A DNA stretch of 64,000 nt from Marsupella aquatica (Eukaryota > Plantae > Marchantiophyta). Within the stretch, counting starts at the first letter, position 1, and each line of letters opens with the position of its first letter. A model generated the notes under the pieces. The model was not told the DNA's origin and did not search any database. It worked only from the letters and a program-made list of their open reading frames with translations. Where the stretch lies: positions 11,803,832 through 11,867,831 of the forward strand of contig OZ316897.1 in the NCBI GenBank assembly GCA_973895155.1, in the 5' to 3' direction. Made by a program: the position numbers and the translations under genes. Of the stretch, positions 51,801 to 63,635 are shown piece by piece.

Positions 51801-53129
51801 GTCGTCGACCGAAGATCAATAATCAAACTCACATTGGATAACGTGGCAGTGCATTGAGTTGCGAGCCTACTAGTTACTATCAAAGTCATTGTTTCCGTTC
51901 CGATCTAGGCGTGGTGGAGCACACCCACATACTCTAGCTAGTCAGCAAGTCCGCAAGTGGAAGAGCCATTCCACTGTTGTCACGTACCGAGCTAGTATAT
52001 ACATACAAATTCCGGTTGAGACTCTGAATATAAACTGATTATAAAATTGCACTTGGGATTGAACTTAGATAGAGCGGGGCGACAAGTCCAAAGCTCCGTC
52101 GAAAAGCCGCATTTTATCATTTGTTTGTGGGAGCCGCGATTTGGATAGTATGCGTGGACGTGAAGCATACGCTATTCACTTATCATTCAGGCTAGGAAGT
52201 TAGGTTGCGAATAGGAGCTCGCTTACCTCGCTGATACAGTTCATCAGATCACATATCAAATCACACAAGATTATTATTGCTACTGTTAACCAGCTAGCTC
52301 AGCAGAATGGGATGGATTTCTAATTTCTGCTTGCTTCTGTGTAAACTTTCGATTGCTTTGCCAGGTTCAGGTTGATCCGTTGATATTTACAATGGTTGTC
52401 TGGGACGATTGTATTCCTGTCGGCTTATTTTCTGGATTCAACGTCCCAGGCCACTCCCCAGATTCCCTACTTGTTTGGCAGCATTCGAGTACGTACACCC
52501 CATCGTGTACTAAGCATTCACCTACACAGACTGTAAAACTGTCTTTTGTTGGTTTATTTATTGATGCCTAGTAAGTATCGTCGTTCATGATCCATTGATG
52601 ATAATCATGGAAGAACACTTCAAAAATTCTTTGTCCTTGACTCGGGTTCCGTTCCCTTCTCCCAATTTTGTATAGCATGCATTCTCTCGTTCACTTGACT
52701 ATTTTAACTCATGCTAGATTTTGCTCAGAGATATAGACAGTGTATCTCGGTTTTAAACACAAATGAATGAGTGAAAAGAGTTTTTAGAATATAATCTTAT
52801 GACTTGGTAATATTCTAGAGACTGATGTGGAGGTGATATGTTCCTATTCAGACTGAATCATAACCTTACGGCTAGTACTTTACACTGGGAGCAAAAGCCT
52901 GGTAACAATGCTCATGCATGTCACTTACAAGTATCTAGTGAACTGCTTGAGATGTAGAGAACAACTCATGCAACGATACCAAAAGAGTTTAGTACCTGCG
53001 TCCGCGTTCTCATTGTCAAAAACTTCAAGTGTGCACATGGTCACGCTTACCACCAAGAAACTTCAAGTTGTGAAAAGTATTGGAGAAATGCTTCATTTTC
53101 AATCTCAATTATACATCACACTAACAAAG

Positions 53130-54100
53130 TATCTGGAGACATGATCCCAAAGGCAAAGCAACCCAATGAAGCCTGGAGACATGATCAAAACAACCCAATG
53201 AAAGGGAGGAAAAGAGGAAAAAGGACCCCAAGAAAAATAAACCAAGGGTCCCCAACCAAAATACAACAAAGGAACAAGGACAAAAAAGGAACCTACAAAC
53301 TAGAGAGCCATGAAGACTAACACCCTACTGAGCAGAGAACTGAAAGGCCTGGTAAAACTCTGGAGTAAACCTTATAGGAGGGTCACAAAACGGAACCTGG
53401 CGGGAGGCCCTAAAACCAATGGCCTCAGCCCTACAAAGGAGAGTGAATGCCTGGGCCTGGTGAAGAGCCACAGACAATTACTATATACAAAAGAAAGAAC
53501 TATGATTCTCAAAAGCGAGCCATCTACAGTTACTGTACGTGAAGATTTCAGCCAAAACTGGGGCTATCAAGGTATCAAACAAGGTAGCCAAATTAAGGAG
53601 CAACCTGCTGATGATAAGCAGCTCTCAAAGTAACCTTTCTAGCCCTTTGTTGTTTCTGTCTTTTCTGTTCACATTTTGCTGGGCAGGCCCTTTTTCACGA
53701 GATTTGTTCTCCATCTTGAAGTGAACAGTCTTCAGGTGACGAGGCTATTGTCTCAGTACAGCACTAGAGTACATCAGACTGACCAATCATATGGAACCTG
53801 AAGTGAAGTTAGGTAGAATTTTGGTTATAAGACTAAGAACACTGTTTAAATCTCCCTCCTTTAGCCTCGGAAGCACATTGATCAAGGCAATATTATTGGC
53901 TAACTTTTCATTCGTAAAGTCTCTTGAAGCATCTATTCCTTCTGAAGTATATATCACAGTGCCCAAGGGCAAAAAAGGCCTAACCCAGAGACATGATCCG
54001 CATGGCAAAGCAACCCACTGAAGGGGAGAAAAAGAGGAAAAAGGACCCCAAAAAGAACAAGCCAAGGGGTCCGCCTAGAAAGGAAGAAAGACCAAAAAGT
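53130..54100 (-). mobile_element. Degenerate LINE-like 3' fragments with a duplicated ~100-bp segment
   Basis: Minus-strand CLWLFTRPRHSLSFVG resembles the WxIWKxRNxxxF motif at plant L1 ORF2 C-termini. GACATGATCC..GGCAAAGCAACCCA..GAAAAGAGGAAAAAGGACCCCA occurs at about 53138 and 53990. A tract of similar composition lies at 43510-43720. Confidence 0.35.
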
Positions 54101-54539
54101 TAATTTAGTTTTCATTCTTAAAGTCTAGTGAAGAGTCCACTTCTTCTGAAAACATGGTCCTTAATAAGTTTTTTCTTTTTTACCACCTCTAGCCATCTCT
54201 AAGGGGGAAGTGTCCAAGATCTGCCCCTTTGTTCCACATTCCACTCACTTTTCTCCTATACCGTGCCAATCCCCCTTGATAAACTGTTTTTTGTTACCAC
54301 CTCTGGCCATCTATAAGGGGGAAGTGTCCAAGATCTGCCCCTTTTCCCACATTCCACTCACTTTTCTCCTATACCAAACCAATTCCCCCCCCCCCCCCCG
54401 CGGAGTTTTCTCCATGATCTCAGGAAGTCAGTTTGCTCTGTGATCTCAGGAGAAATTGACTTTTAATGGTAGCTAGACGGGTAACCAGTGGCTTTTAAAG
54501 GGGCAGGGTGTGTTTTAAAGGAATTTTGGAGGTAGCCTC

Positions 54540-54871
54540 TGTTGAACTAAGACGTCATTCGCAACGACCATACAACCATGACTCATTCCATGCACACGTA
54601 GTCGACACAATCTCTACGTGGTTCACCTTTTCTCCAAGGCTATGTCCACACGAACACTCAAGCTTTACTTCAAGAGTAGACGGACACACATCCTCTCCTT
54701 CTTCCTCAAGTTGCTCTGTTATAATGAGTAAGCACCACACACCAGCGGCTTACACTAGCCCTGGTATATACAAGGTCACACACGACTAACCTAACCTCAG
54801 CTAAGATCCTAACTGTGGTTAGCCTAAGTGCCATAACCTATGAGTCACAAGACTAAGAGCAATCCTTAATA
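54540..54871 (-). repeat. 3' LTR of the copia element
   Basis: TGTTGAAC...TTAATA on +, with the terminal CA mutated to TA. Adjacent to the PPT. Confidence 0.95.
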
Positions 54872-55338
54872 AACTCCCCCTTGACTCTAGTCTTGGGGAC
54901 TGCAATTTCTGCTATCCATATGAGATACTCAGCGGGAAATTCTAGACAATCACCTAAAACCATAGGTGTCCCCCTAAAAACCATTTAAGGTTAACTAAGG
55001 GTTAACTAGAATTAAGCCGTAACCATAACAGGATTGAGTAACCCATATACAGAAATTACATATTGTTAAGTTACTCTACTTGTGCTGCAAATCTCGGGGG
55101 TTTCACTTCCAAAAAAATGGCATATCACGTGCGACGAAGGATAGGGTCATTTTATTGGTTGTAAGGGAAGACTTAAGAATTTTTGTAGAAGAACAATAGG
55201 GTCTTTTAAATTCAATTTTGAAACTTAGAAGAACATTAGGGCCTTTTTAATCCAATTTTTGGAATATTCTAAGAATATTCCAACTTTATAGGGGTTAAAA
55301 AATAATATTTTTTTCTTACATTTTAGGGGGTCCAAGGC

Positions 55339-58300
55339 CTAAAAACGTCGCAGGTGATGGGGAGGTCCCCATGTAGTGAGACCCCCGAGCTGCAAATGCA
55401 AAACTTGCAAAGTAGCACGGTGTCTTGAGTAACTTTCCAAAGGAATCACTTTGGTAAAAGCATCAGCCGGGTTGAGCTTTCCATCAATCTTGACTAGCTC
55501 AAACATTTTATCAGACACTGCTTGCCTAATAAAATGGTCTGTCACAATGAAGAGCTCAATCTGGTTAATAGCTCAACCAGGTTAATAGTCAAGATTGATG
55601 GATCTGCTGCTGCAACATATTCTGCTTCTGTAGTAGACTGAGATACACACTTCTGCAAGGTAGATCTCCAACTTATGCATCCTCTTCCAAGAATAAACAC
55701 ATACCCAATCGTTGACCTCCTTGTTTCCAGACAGCCTCCGTAGTCAGAATCTACATAGCCAACCAAAGATTTGGTTTTGTTTGATCTACTATCAAACAAC
55801 AGACCATAGTCTATTGTGCCCTTAAGATACCTGAGAATCCATTTCACAGCCTCCCAATGTACCTTCCCTGGATTTGACATGAATCTACTCACTTTGCCCA
55901 TTGCTAGGGCTAGATCAGGCCTGGTACATGTCATCAAATACATTAGACTGCCCACTGCCTTCTCATAAGGAACCTTAGTCATCAAGCCTCTCTCCACTGG
56001 ATCCGTGGGGCAGAAAGCCGATGATAACTTGAAATGTGGAGCCAAAGGAATACTTACTGGCTTACAATTTTCCATGTTGAATCTTGCAAGTACCTTTTCA
56101 GCATACTTGCGGGCATACTTGCCTTGATTCAGCCACAATTGTCCAGTTTCAAAGTTTCTCGTAATCTCCATACCTAAGATCCTCTTGGCTTTCCCAAGAT
56201 CCTTCATTCGGAATTCAGAACTCAATTTTGCTTTGAGTTTGTCAACCTCAGTTTGATCCTTAGCCGCAATCAACATGTCATCCACATAGAGCACCAGAAT
56301 GAGCAAACCAAACACACCATTCTTGACTGATTTTGTATACACACAAGGGTCATACACCATCCTAGTGAATCCTTGTGCAAGCATGAAATCATCAAACCGC
56401 TTGTTCCACTGTCGAGGAGCTTGCTTCAATCCATACAAGGACTTAAGCAACCTGCAAACTAAACTCTCTTGGCCCTTCTTCACAAAGCCCAGTGGTTGCC
56501 TCATGAAAATTTGTTCTTCCAAGGTGCCATAGAGAAAAGCAATAACAACATCCATTTGATCTAACACCAGATCAAAAAACATAACAAGTTGACACAAAAT
56601 TCGTATCGTGGAATACTTGGCAACTGGAGAGAAGACCTCATTGTAATCCACTCCCTTCTCTTGAGTGAATCCCTTGGCAACAAGCCTTGCCTTGTATATT
56701 TTGTCTCCTCCATCTGAAGAGTTGTCCTTCAGCTTGTAAATCCACTTGCTATCCACCGCTTGTTGATCACTTGGCAGTTGCACCAGCTCCCATGTTCTGT
56801 TGTCACCTAAAGATTGCAACTCCCTCTGCATCGCTGCATTCCATTCATCTTTCTCGTCTGAAATGCACGCCTCATGATAACAAGAAGGTTCTCCTTCTTC
56901 CAAGATCAGTGCTCTGTCATCATCTTCAGGTGCAATGTCAACATCATCTAACCTTGATGAATCTGTCCATTGTCCATACCTTGTAGGAGCTCGAGTAGTA
57001 CGTCTTGATTTTCTAGCTGATGATTCTGGTTGATCTTGTTCTGTTGGTTGAATTTGAGGTATTCCAACAACTTGCTCCTCTTATTCCAATACCGGAACCA
57101 GCTCCATTCTCGGAGCACCTCCTTCATTTATGTCATGAAAACTCTCATGACCAATCTCCCCCACAACATGATCCAGGATAGGAGATTTACCTTTGTCAGT
57201 ACGGGAAGCCTGAGCATTATCCCCCTCCTTTGATGATCTGGATTCATTAAAGGATATATCTCTACTGACAAGCAACGTACAAGCTTCTGGATCCCATAGC
57301 CTGTAACCTTTCACACCTGGTTGATAACCAAGAAAAAGACACTTCTTGGAAGTAGAATCTAGTTTAGATCGATTCTGCTTAGGTGTGAGAGCATATGCAT
57401 CACTTCCAAAGACTCTCAAAACCTGATAGTCTGCGTGCCGTCCATACCTCATTTCAAACGGCGTCTTGAAATTGATTGCACTTGAAGGAGAAAGATTTAC
57501 CAAATAAGCTGCCGTATTTATAGCTTCAGCCCAAAATTCATGCGGTAAACCTGATTGGCTCAACATACTCCTCGATTGCTCCAATAGTGTTTGGTTTAGC
57601 CGCTCACAAACACCATTCTGTTGAGGAGTATAAACTGTCGTGAGATGACGAGTAATCCCTTGCTCTGCACAATATAGTTCAAACTCACTTGAACTGTACT
57701 CCCCGCCGTTATCTGATCGCAGATATCTCACCTTGGATCCAGTCTGATTCTCAATTTGGGCTTTCCACTTCTTAAAAGTGCCAAAAACTTCAGACTTGGC
57801 ATGTAGAAATGTGATCCACACATACCGTGAGTAATCATCAATGAACGTGACATAGTACAATTTTCCAGAAAGTGAGAGAGTTGGGGATGGATCCCACACA
57901 CCACTATGTACATACTCAAGTATAGCTTTGGTATTGTGAGTTCCAACACCAAAGGTTCTCCTGTGCTACTTCCCAAGCACACAGTGTTCACAAAAATCTA
58001 GCTTAGTAGATTCCAAATTAGAAAGAAGTCCTTTCCTGCGAAGTACCGCCAAACCCTTTTCACTCATGTGTCCCAATCTGCAGTGCCATAACTGATTCAT
58101 CTCGCCTTGAGATCTAGTTACATTGGCTTCTTCACAAATCACGTTGCCCTCCAACAAATATAGATTCCTGTGTCGCTTACCCTTCATGACAACCTTGCCT
58201 CCGGTTGACACTTGAAGAATACCATCAGCAGAACTCCACCGACATCCATTTGCTTCCAGCATTCTTTTTCATGTCAGGTATGTGTCTGACATTACTGACT

Positions 58301-59439
58301 GTTCGCACAACTCCATCAAACATCCGAATTTTCACGGATCCAATTCCAACAATTTGACAAGGATGATCATTCCCCATCAACACGGAACCGGTTGATACTG
58401 AGTAAGAAGTAAAAAACTCTTTTATACAACAAATATGATAGGTACAGGCACAATCTAAAATCCATTTATCACCGTTGTTACTGGATGAAATGCAAAGGGC
58501 AACATCTAGACTTCACAAGATTTCATCATCAAGCAAGTCAATCATATCAACATCAGTGGTTGCGTTCGCTGATGGTTGATGAGTCTGCTTGACTCGATAG
58601 TCTCGTTTCATGTGGCCAGACTTGTTACATTTCCAGCATATAATTGGTTTCCTTTCTAGAGATTTCTCTCTAGACCTGGATCTAGACTTAGATCGAGCCT
58701 TCTCCTTGCCTCTATTCCGTGAGGGGTACGTTTGTGAAAAGGATCTGTTTTCACTAGTCATCCGCTGTTGAGTCCTCCCGTGGTTCACATTCAATGCATT
58801 GCCAGATGAAGATGGTGTCTAGGCATGACCCAGTTTCTTCTGTGCATCATCTGACAACAAAGAGCTTACCACCTCATCATATGAAATGGTTTTGAGATCT
58901 CTATACAAGAGAACCTGCTTCAAACCTTGATACGATGGGGGTAAGGAACTGAGAAGAAGCAATGCCTTATCTTCATCTTCCACTCCCTTGCCAAGATTTG
59001 ACAAATCTACAGCTAGGCTGTCGAATTCATCCAAGTGATCTCGAAGCTTGCCTCCTTCTTTTAGCCTCAAGCTCATCAAGAGAGATTTCTTGTACAACCA
59101 ATCTGAGGCATCCTCTCGGTAGTACTTCTCTCTGAGGGCCTTGAATAAGGATACGCAATCCTCGTAGTCGTCCAGCTTCTTAATGATATGCGGCTTTAGA
59201 TACAGCATAACCGCATTCACAATAATCACTTGCTCTTGCCTCCATTTCCTCAACGGGATCTCCTCCTCATTGCTAGACTCCTCCCGAGTCGATAGCAGAT
59301 GATCTAGGCCCATAGCACGAAGAATTCCCTTAACCTGCTTCTCCCATAGCAAATAATCTGTGCGCCCATCATATTTTTCCACCTCAAACTTGACACCTCC
59401 AAACTTGGATGCCATCGTTGTCCTCCCAACGTTCTCCAC
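55339..59439 (-). pseudogene. Disrupted gag-pol polyprotein of the copia element
   Basis: Gag KFEVEKYDGRTDYLLW and LLLLSSLPPSY; zinc knuckle CWKCNKSGHMKRDY (last Cys changed to Tyr); PR WILDCACTYHIC; IN WHCRLGH..CEHC, FIDDYSR, LRSDNGGEY, PQQNGVCER; RT KARLVAKGF, SLYGLKQAPRQW, LYVDDML; RH DSDYGG, TEAEY, NPADAFTK. Stops at 58819, 58513, 57966 and 57081, a frameshifting deletion at about 58262 and an RNase H deletion at about 55540-55602. Confidence 0.95.
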
Positions 59440-60143
59440 GTGCTATTGCTGTGCTGCTCTCTATATGCTTTTTCCTTCCTTCCTTCTCGTTGACTCAAAT
59501 CCAAATCACGGAAAAATGTCGTTTTTCGCAACTTTCCAAAAAACTTGAAACTTATCACCGCCACTTAGCCCACCAACCTAGCAAGCCAACGCTGAAATCC
59601 AAAATCGAAATCGAGTTCCAACGAAAAACTTTTTCACGTTTTGGTCGGGGTGGGTAAATCTCAAAAATTCTCCCCCGTTTTGACCACCTCGGGGAATAAG
59701 AAAAATTCCAAGTACCACCCGTCGTCGGAAATGGAAATCGAGTGGTGCACCGCGTTGCTAGCTTCAGTGGCTACGTTCTCGCCAAAAAAGATCCGAAAAA
59801 AGTTATCGTTCGGACCTTGGAATCTTCGACTAAAGGCCGAAAAATAGCTCTCTATTTTTTTTGGAATATTCCTTGGACTGTGCAACAGGTCTCACAGGGG
59901 GCCGTTCCTCTTGTCCAAGCGATTAATTTGGTGGGTCACCGGGCCCGAGATGCCGCTTAACCAATGAGGAGCAGTCGCGAATACAACTTTCACCTACTCG
60001 TAATTGCTCCGGCGTTGCCTAACTCCAGCGTTGAGCCCCTCTTAGATTTGCTACCATCATGGCCATTAGGGATGCGACTAACAAAGAGGAGGCTAGTAAG
60101 AGCAAGGACAAGACTTGAGAAAAACGCGCTCCAATTAACTTTA

Positions 60144-60445
60144 TTGGGCCCATTGCCGATCACAGAAAAATGAACTATTTTTCTGACGGATCACCATAGG
60201 GGCCCAAGAAGCCCTACGTGAGCCCGATCATGGGGCCGCATATTTCTCGGCCAACGGACCCAGGGGCCAAAAGTTATGGCCGACTCAAGCCGCATACTTG
60301 TAGTTTGGGCCCGTTGCCGATCACGGAAAAATGAACTATTTTTCCAACGGATCACCATAGGGGCCTGAGAAGCCCCACATGAGCCCGATCATGGGGCCGC
60401 ATATGTTTTGGCCAACGGACCTAGGGGCCAAAAGTTATGGCCGAT
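60144..60445. repeat. Tandem repeat with 161-bp period (2 copies) in the copia 5' internal region
   Basis: TTGGGCCC(A/G)TTGCCGATCAC...AGGGGCCAAAAGTTATGGCCGA starts at 60144 and 60305. Confidence 0.9.
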
Positions 60446-61774
60446 TTAGACTCGATTAGAGTCGCCGCGCATCGATGGACCAAGAGGGGGTTTCGTGGAC
60501 CAGGGGGGGTTGCCTGGACCAGAGCGGGGTTAGGGCCGTAACTTTTAGCCCCTTATGCCACAATTTGCGCTCGAGGCCAAGTTACAGAAGGTTTTCAATT
60601 ATCTTCGTTTCGAGCTAAGTGGCGGGGCCCACGGACCCTCGGGTAGGGGGCCAAAGATAGGGGACCAAAGCTGGTCCGGGGGTGGCAGGTCCCCAGAAGC
60701 ATATATGAGGGGAGTAGTCCTCTCAAGTTTGAGCTCGAGCTGATCGCAATCAACGAAGATACGTCGTTTTGAGTTTTGAAGCGGAAACAAACATAACTCG
60801 ACGACCGGATCTCCGTTGGAGAAGTTCTTGGGCTTGTTGGAAAGCTAATGAAGAAATCTACCTCATGGTGCTCTCTGATTGTGCATTGGATGATTTTGGT
60901 TTTGAGGCTTGCAATGGGGGGAGTCCCTCTTGCCGATCCGAAGTCGGACAGTGACCAAACCGCATTTGGTTCCCACGGGGACCTGATGTTGGAGAGGTAG
61001 AACCAAGTAGACTCTAGGGGCTGCCATTGAGATCTGGTCCCGATGCATGGTGAGAGGTTGAGCGGAACCCGGTTTCGCAGAGAGGTGGCTAAGATCTAGA
61101 AACTGAATGGTCCCGGCGTGTTACTACTAGTTTGTGACAAACTGAGTTTGGGCCATGGGCATGTCCTGGAGGCAAGGCGGTCAGCCATTGACGGGTAGAA
61201 AGTGGGGAAGCTTGGGCGACATCCGGTAGATAGACTGTTCTGGACGAACAGTGATGTCGACCTTAGTTTCAGCTTATGGCAAGGCCATGCGGGCCTGGGA
61301 GGCTCTATCCGCTGACCTACTTACTAACGACTGTTGAACTTGAGGCAAGACAATGGTCTTGGGAGTTCTGAGATCAAGACAAGTTCTTACCGGTTGGTTG
61401 GTTGCTTGTGCAGATAGCAAAGACCGTTGAGCGACGGTTGTGCTGACGAGGGCAAGTGCGGCTTTGTATAGGAGGGGTTGCTAACGACAAGGAGTATAGT
61501 CGGGGAGAACTTGCCCCAATATTCCGTGTTAGTGCAAGGTTCGACTTGTTTCAAGGCTGAGAAACGAGTTTGGACGGGCACATGGTGGGAGGGCCACCAC
61601 TGGAGCCTGGAAAGGATTAAAAAACCGGGCCTAAGGGGGTTTAAGCCCCTTAACACAAAAATACTGTCTTAAAAAAGGCGCATCCGCGTTGCCGCGACGC
61701 GTGACGGGCCAGGCAGTGCACAGGGGGTTGGGGAGTAAAAAACCGAGTCAAAATGGGCAGGGATGGAGCTGCAA

Positions 61775-61945
61775 CGGTCGGGACGTCTGGGACGTCCGCG
61801 CCGGCCGTGACGTCTGGGACGGCCGGGACGTCTGGGACGTGAGTGCCGGCTGCGACATCCAGGACGGCTGCGACGTCCGCACCGGCCGCCACGTTTGGGA
61901 CGTCCGTGCCGGCTGCGACGTTCGGGACGGCCGGGACATCCCCGA
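61775..61945. repeat. GC-rich, CpG-rich minisatellite with 9-bp period in the copia 5' internal region
   Basis: Units GGGACGTCT / GGGACGGCC / GCGACGTCC / GCGCCGGCC. It produces overlapping repetitive ORFs on both strands. Confidence 0.9.
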
Positions 61946-62790
61946 TGGGAGTATTAGCGAGGAGGAGGAGGGGGTCGCCAACGGGGTATTGTCAGGGGTG
62001 CAAGGGTCGGGAGGGTGTGTATACACACCACCAAAAAGGCCCTATTCTAAGGCAAAATGTGCACAAAAAATAAATTTGTTGGGTTACTCATAGTGTCGTT
62101 ATCACTTTACACCAGATAAAGACTAGTTGTCGACGGGAAATGTTGCCGAATTGCACCGGCACCGTTTGCAACTCTAGCAGAGTAAAAAATTCCCGTCATG
62201 ACTCCTTCACTCCGCGTCAAGTGTCAATCTTGGACTCAAAACAACCACTGCACCGCGATCTCTCCGTTGAGCCGTTGCACTTCCCGTTTCTTCCTTTGAG
62301 TCAAACGCAACGACAAGAAACCCTGCTTCAGTCAAAAGAAGACTCCATAGTCAGTCAGAAACTCAGAACGGCTCTTTTGCTTGGTACATCGCACTCACTA
62401 CACCCTCGATAGCAAACTAGCTACCGAAATGATCAGCTTTTCCCGATCTACGATTTGAGCTAAAGGTTGTGACGCCTCGCGCACCACAAAGCTCACACCG
62501 TCGGGAAAATGATCTCAGTTCCCCCCCAAACGAACCGTCGAAGAAAACCGTCGAACACGAATGACAAAAAATCCAGAACAACGGAAATGTGAATTCCTCC
62601 GCACCACGAACTTTGTTCAGAGATTTCTTTGCACCGTCGGAAAGCCCTTGCCCCGATCTATCCGTTTAGCCCAACACCTCCAAGTTCCATGCGATAGATC
62701 TCCGTGAAATCCACCAACTCTAACCGCTGGAAAAACCGTCACCAACACGTCACGAAAATTTTGATCACCTCAACGTCACCTCCCAGGCTT

Positions 62791-62802
62791 GCTCTGATAC
62801 CA
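62791..62802 (-). other. Primer-binding site complementary to the tRNA-iMet 3' end
   Basis: The + strand GCTCTGATACCA is the reverse complement of TGGTATCAGAGC, 2 nt from the 5' LTR. Confidence 0.95.
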
Positions 62803-62804
62803 AT

Positions 62805-63136
62805 TGTTGAACTAAGACGTCATTCACAACGACCATACAACCATGACTCATTCCATGCACACGTAGTCGACACAATCTCTACGTGGTTCACCTTTTCTCC
62901 AAGGCTACGTCCACACGAACACTCAAGCTTTACTTCAAGAGTAGACGAACACACATCCTCTCCTTCTTCCTCAAGTTGCTCTGTTACAATGAGTAAGCAC
63001 CACACACCAGCGGCTTGCACTAGCCCTGGTATATACAAGGTCACACACGACTAACCTAACCTCAGCTAAGATCCTAACTGTGGTTAGCCTAAGTGTCGTA
63101 ACCTATGAGTCACAAGACTAAGAGCAATCCTTAACA
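62805..63136 (-). repeat. 5' LTR of the copia element
   Basis: TGTTGAAC...TTAACA on +, followed by the TSD GCCTC. Confidence 0.95.
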
Positions 63137-63349
63137 GCCTCAGTCTGTGGTGAGAACCCACTTGTTTCTGTAACCACATGGTTGAAAGGACTCGACTGGG
63201 TCCAAGTGAACTTAAAAACATATTTGACTGCCTGGCCTGTTCAAAATACACTCTTGTTACAATGTGGTAGCATTAGAGGTTTAGGGTTTCACCTATCAAA
63301 TAAATATATATTATAATTTCATGAGTTCGATCAATCCTAGTGAGCTGCA

Positions 63350-63635
63350 CAACAGATGTTGCATAAAAGATGTCCTTTTAAACTAAAAGATGGTGTTGCC
63401 CAAAACAAGTCGTTAAGTCAAAGATCAATGTCATTTCGCAAATGATGTTATTTAGTGAAAGATGTCTTTACACAAATCATGTTGTTACAAAAAGATGTCG
63501 ATTGTGGAAAAGATGATGTTGTGCAAAAGATACTAATGCGCAAAAGATGGTGTAAGAGACATCAACACACAAAAGATAACATTATGTAAAAGATATCAAT
63601 GCACAAAAGATAATGTTATGTAAAAGATATTACCA
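63350..63635. repeat. Degenerate AT-rich tandem repeat built on AAAAGAT
   Basis: AAAAGAT(G/A) recurs roughly every 15-30 bp. Confidence 0.6.

Larger units (their letters stand above)
54540..63136 (-). mobile_element. Full-length Ty1/copia LTR retrotransposon (Tork/Tnt1-like), 8597 bp, coding region decayed
   Basis: 332-bp LTRs at 54540-54871 and 62805-63136 with 8 mismatches. 5-bp TSD GCCTC at 54535-54539 and 63137-63141. PBS TGGTATCAGAGC at 62802-62791. PPT AAGGGGGAG next to the 3' LTR. Domain order gag-PR-IN-RT-RH. Confidence 0.97.

Noticed and set aside
44800-52700. Endogenous rhabdovirus or other viral element
   Set aside because: No N, G or L motifs or gene-junction repeats were recovered. 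Splice donors and NWD-like remnants fit a cellular pseudogene better.
54508-54789. ORFs in the LTRs (also 62704-63054)
   Set aside because: Incidental frames duplicated only because the LTR is duplicated.
61650-62093. Overlapping repetitive ORFs on both strands
   Set aside because: Artefacts of a stop-free GC-rich 9-bp minisatellite, with no evidence for a preferred frame.
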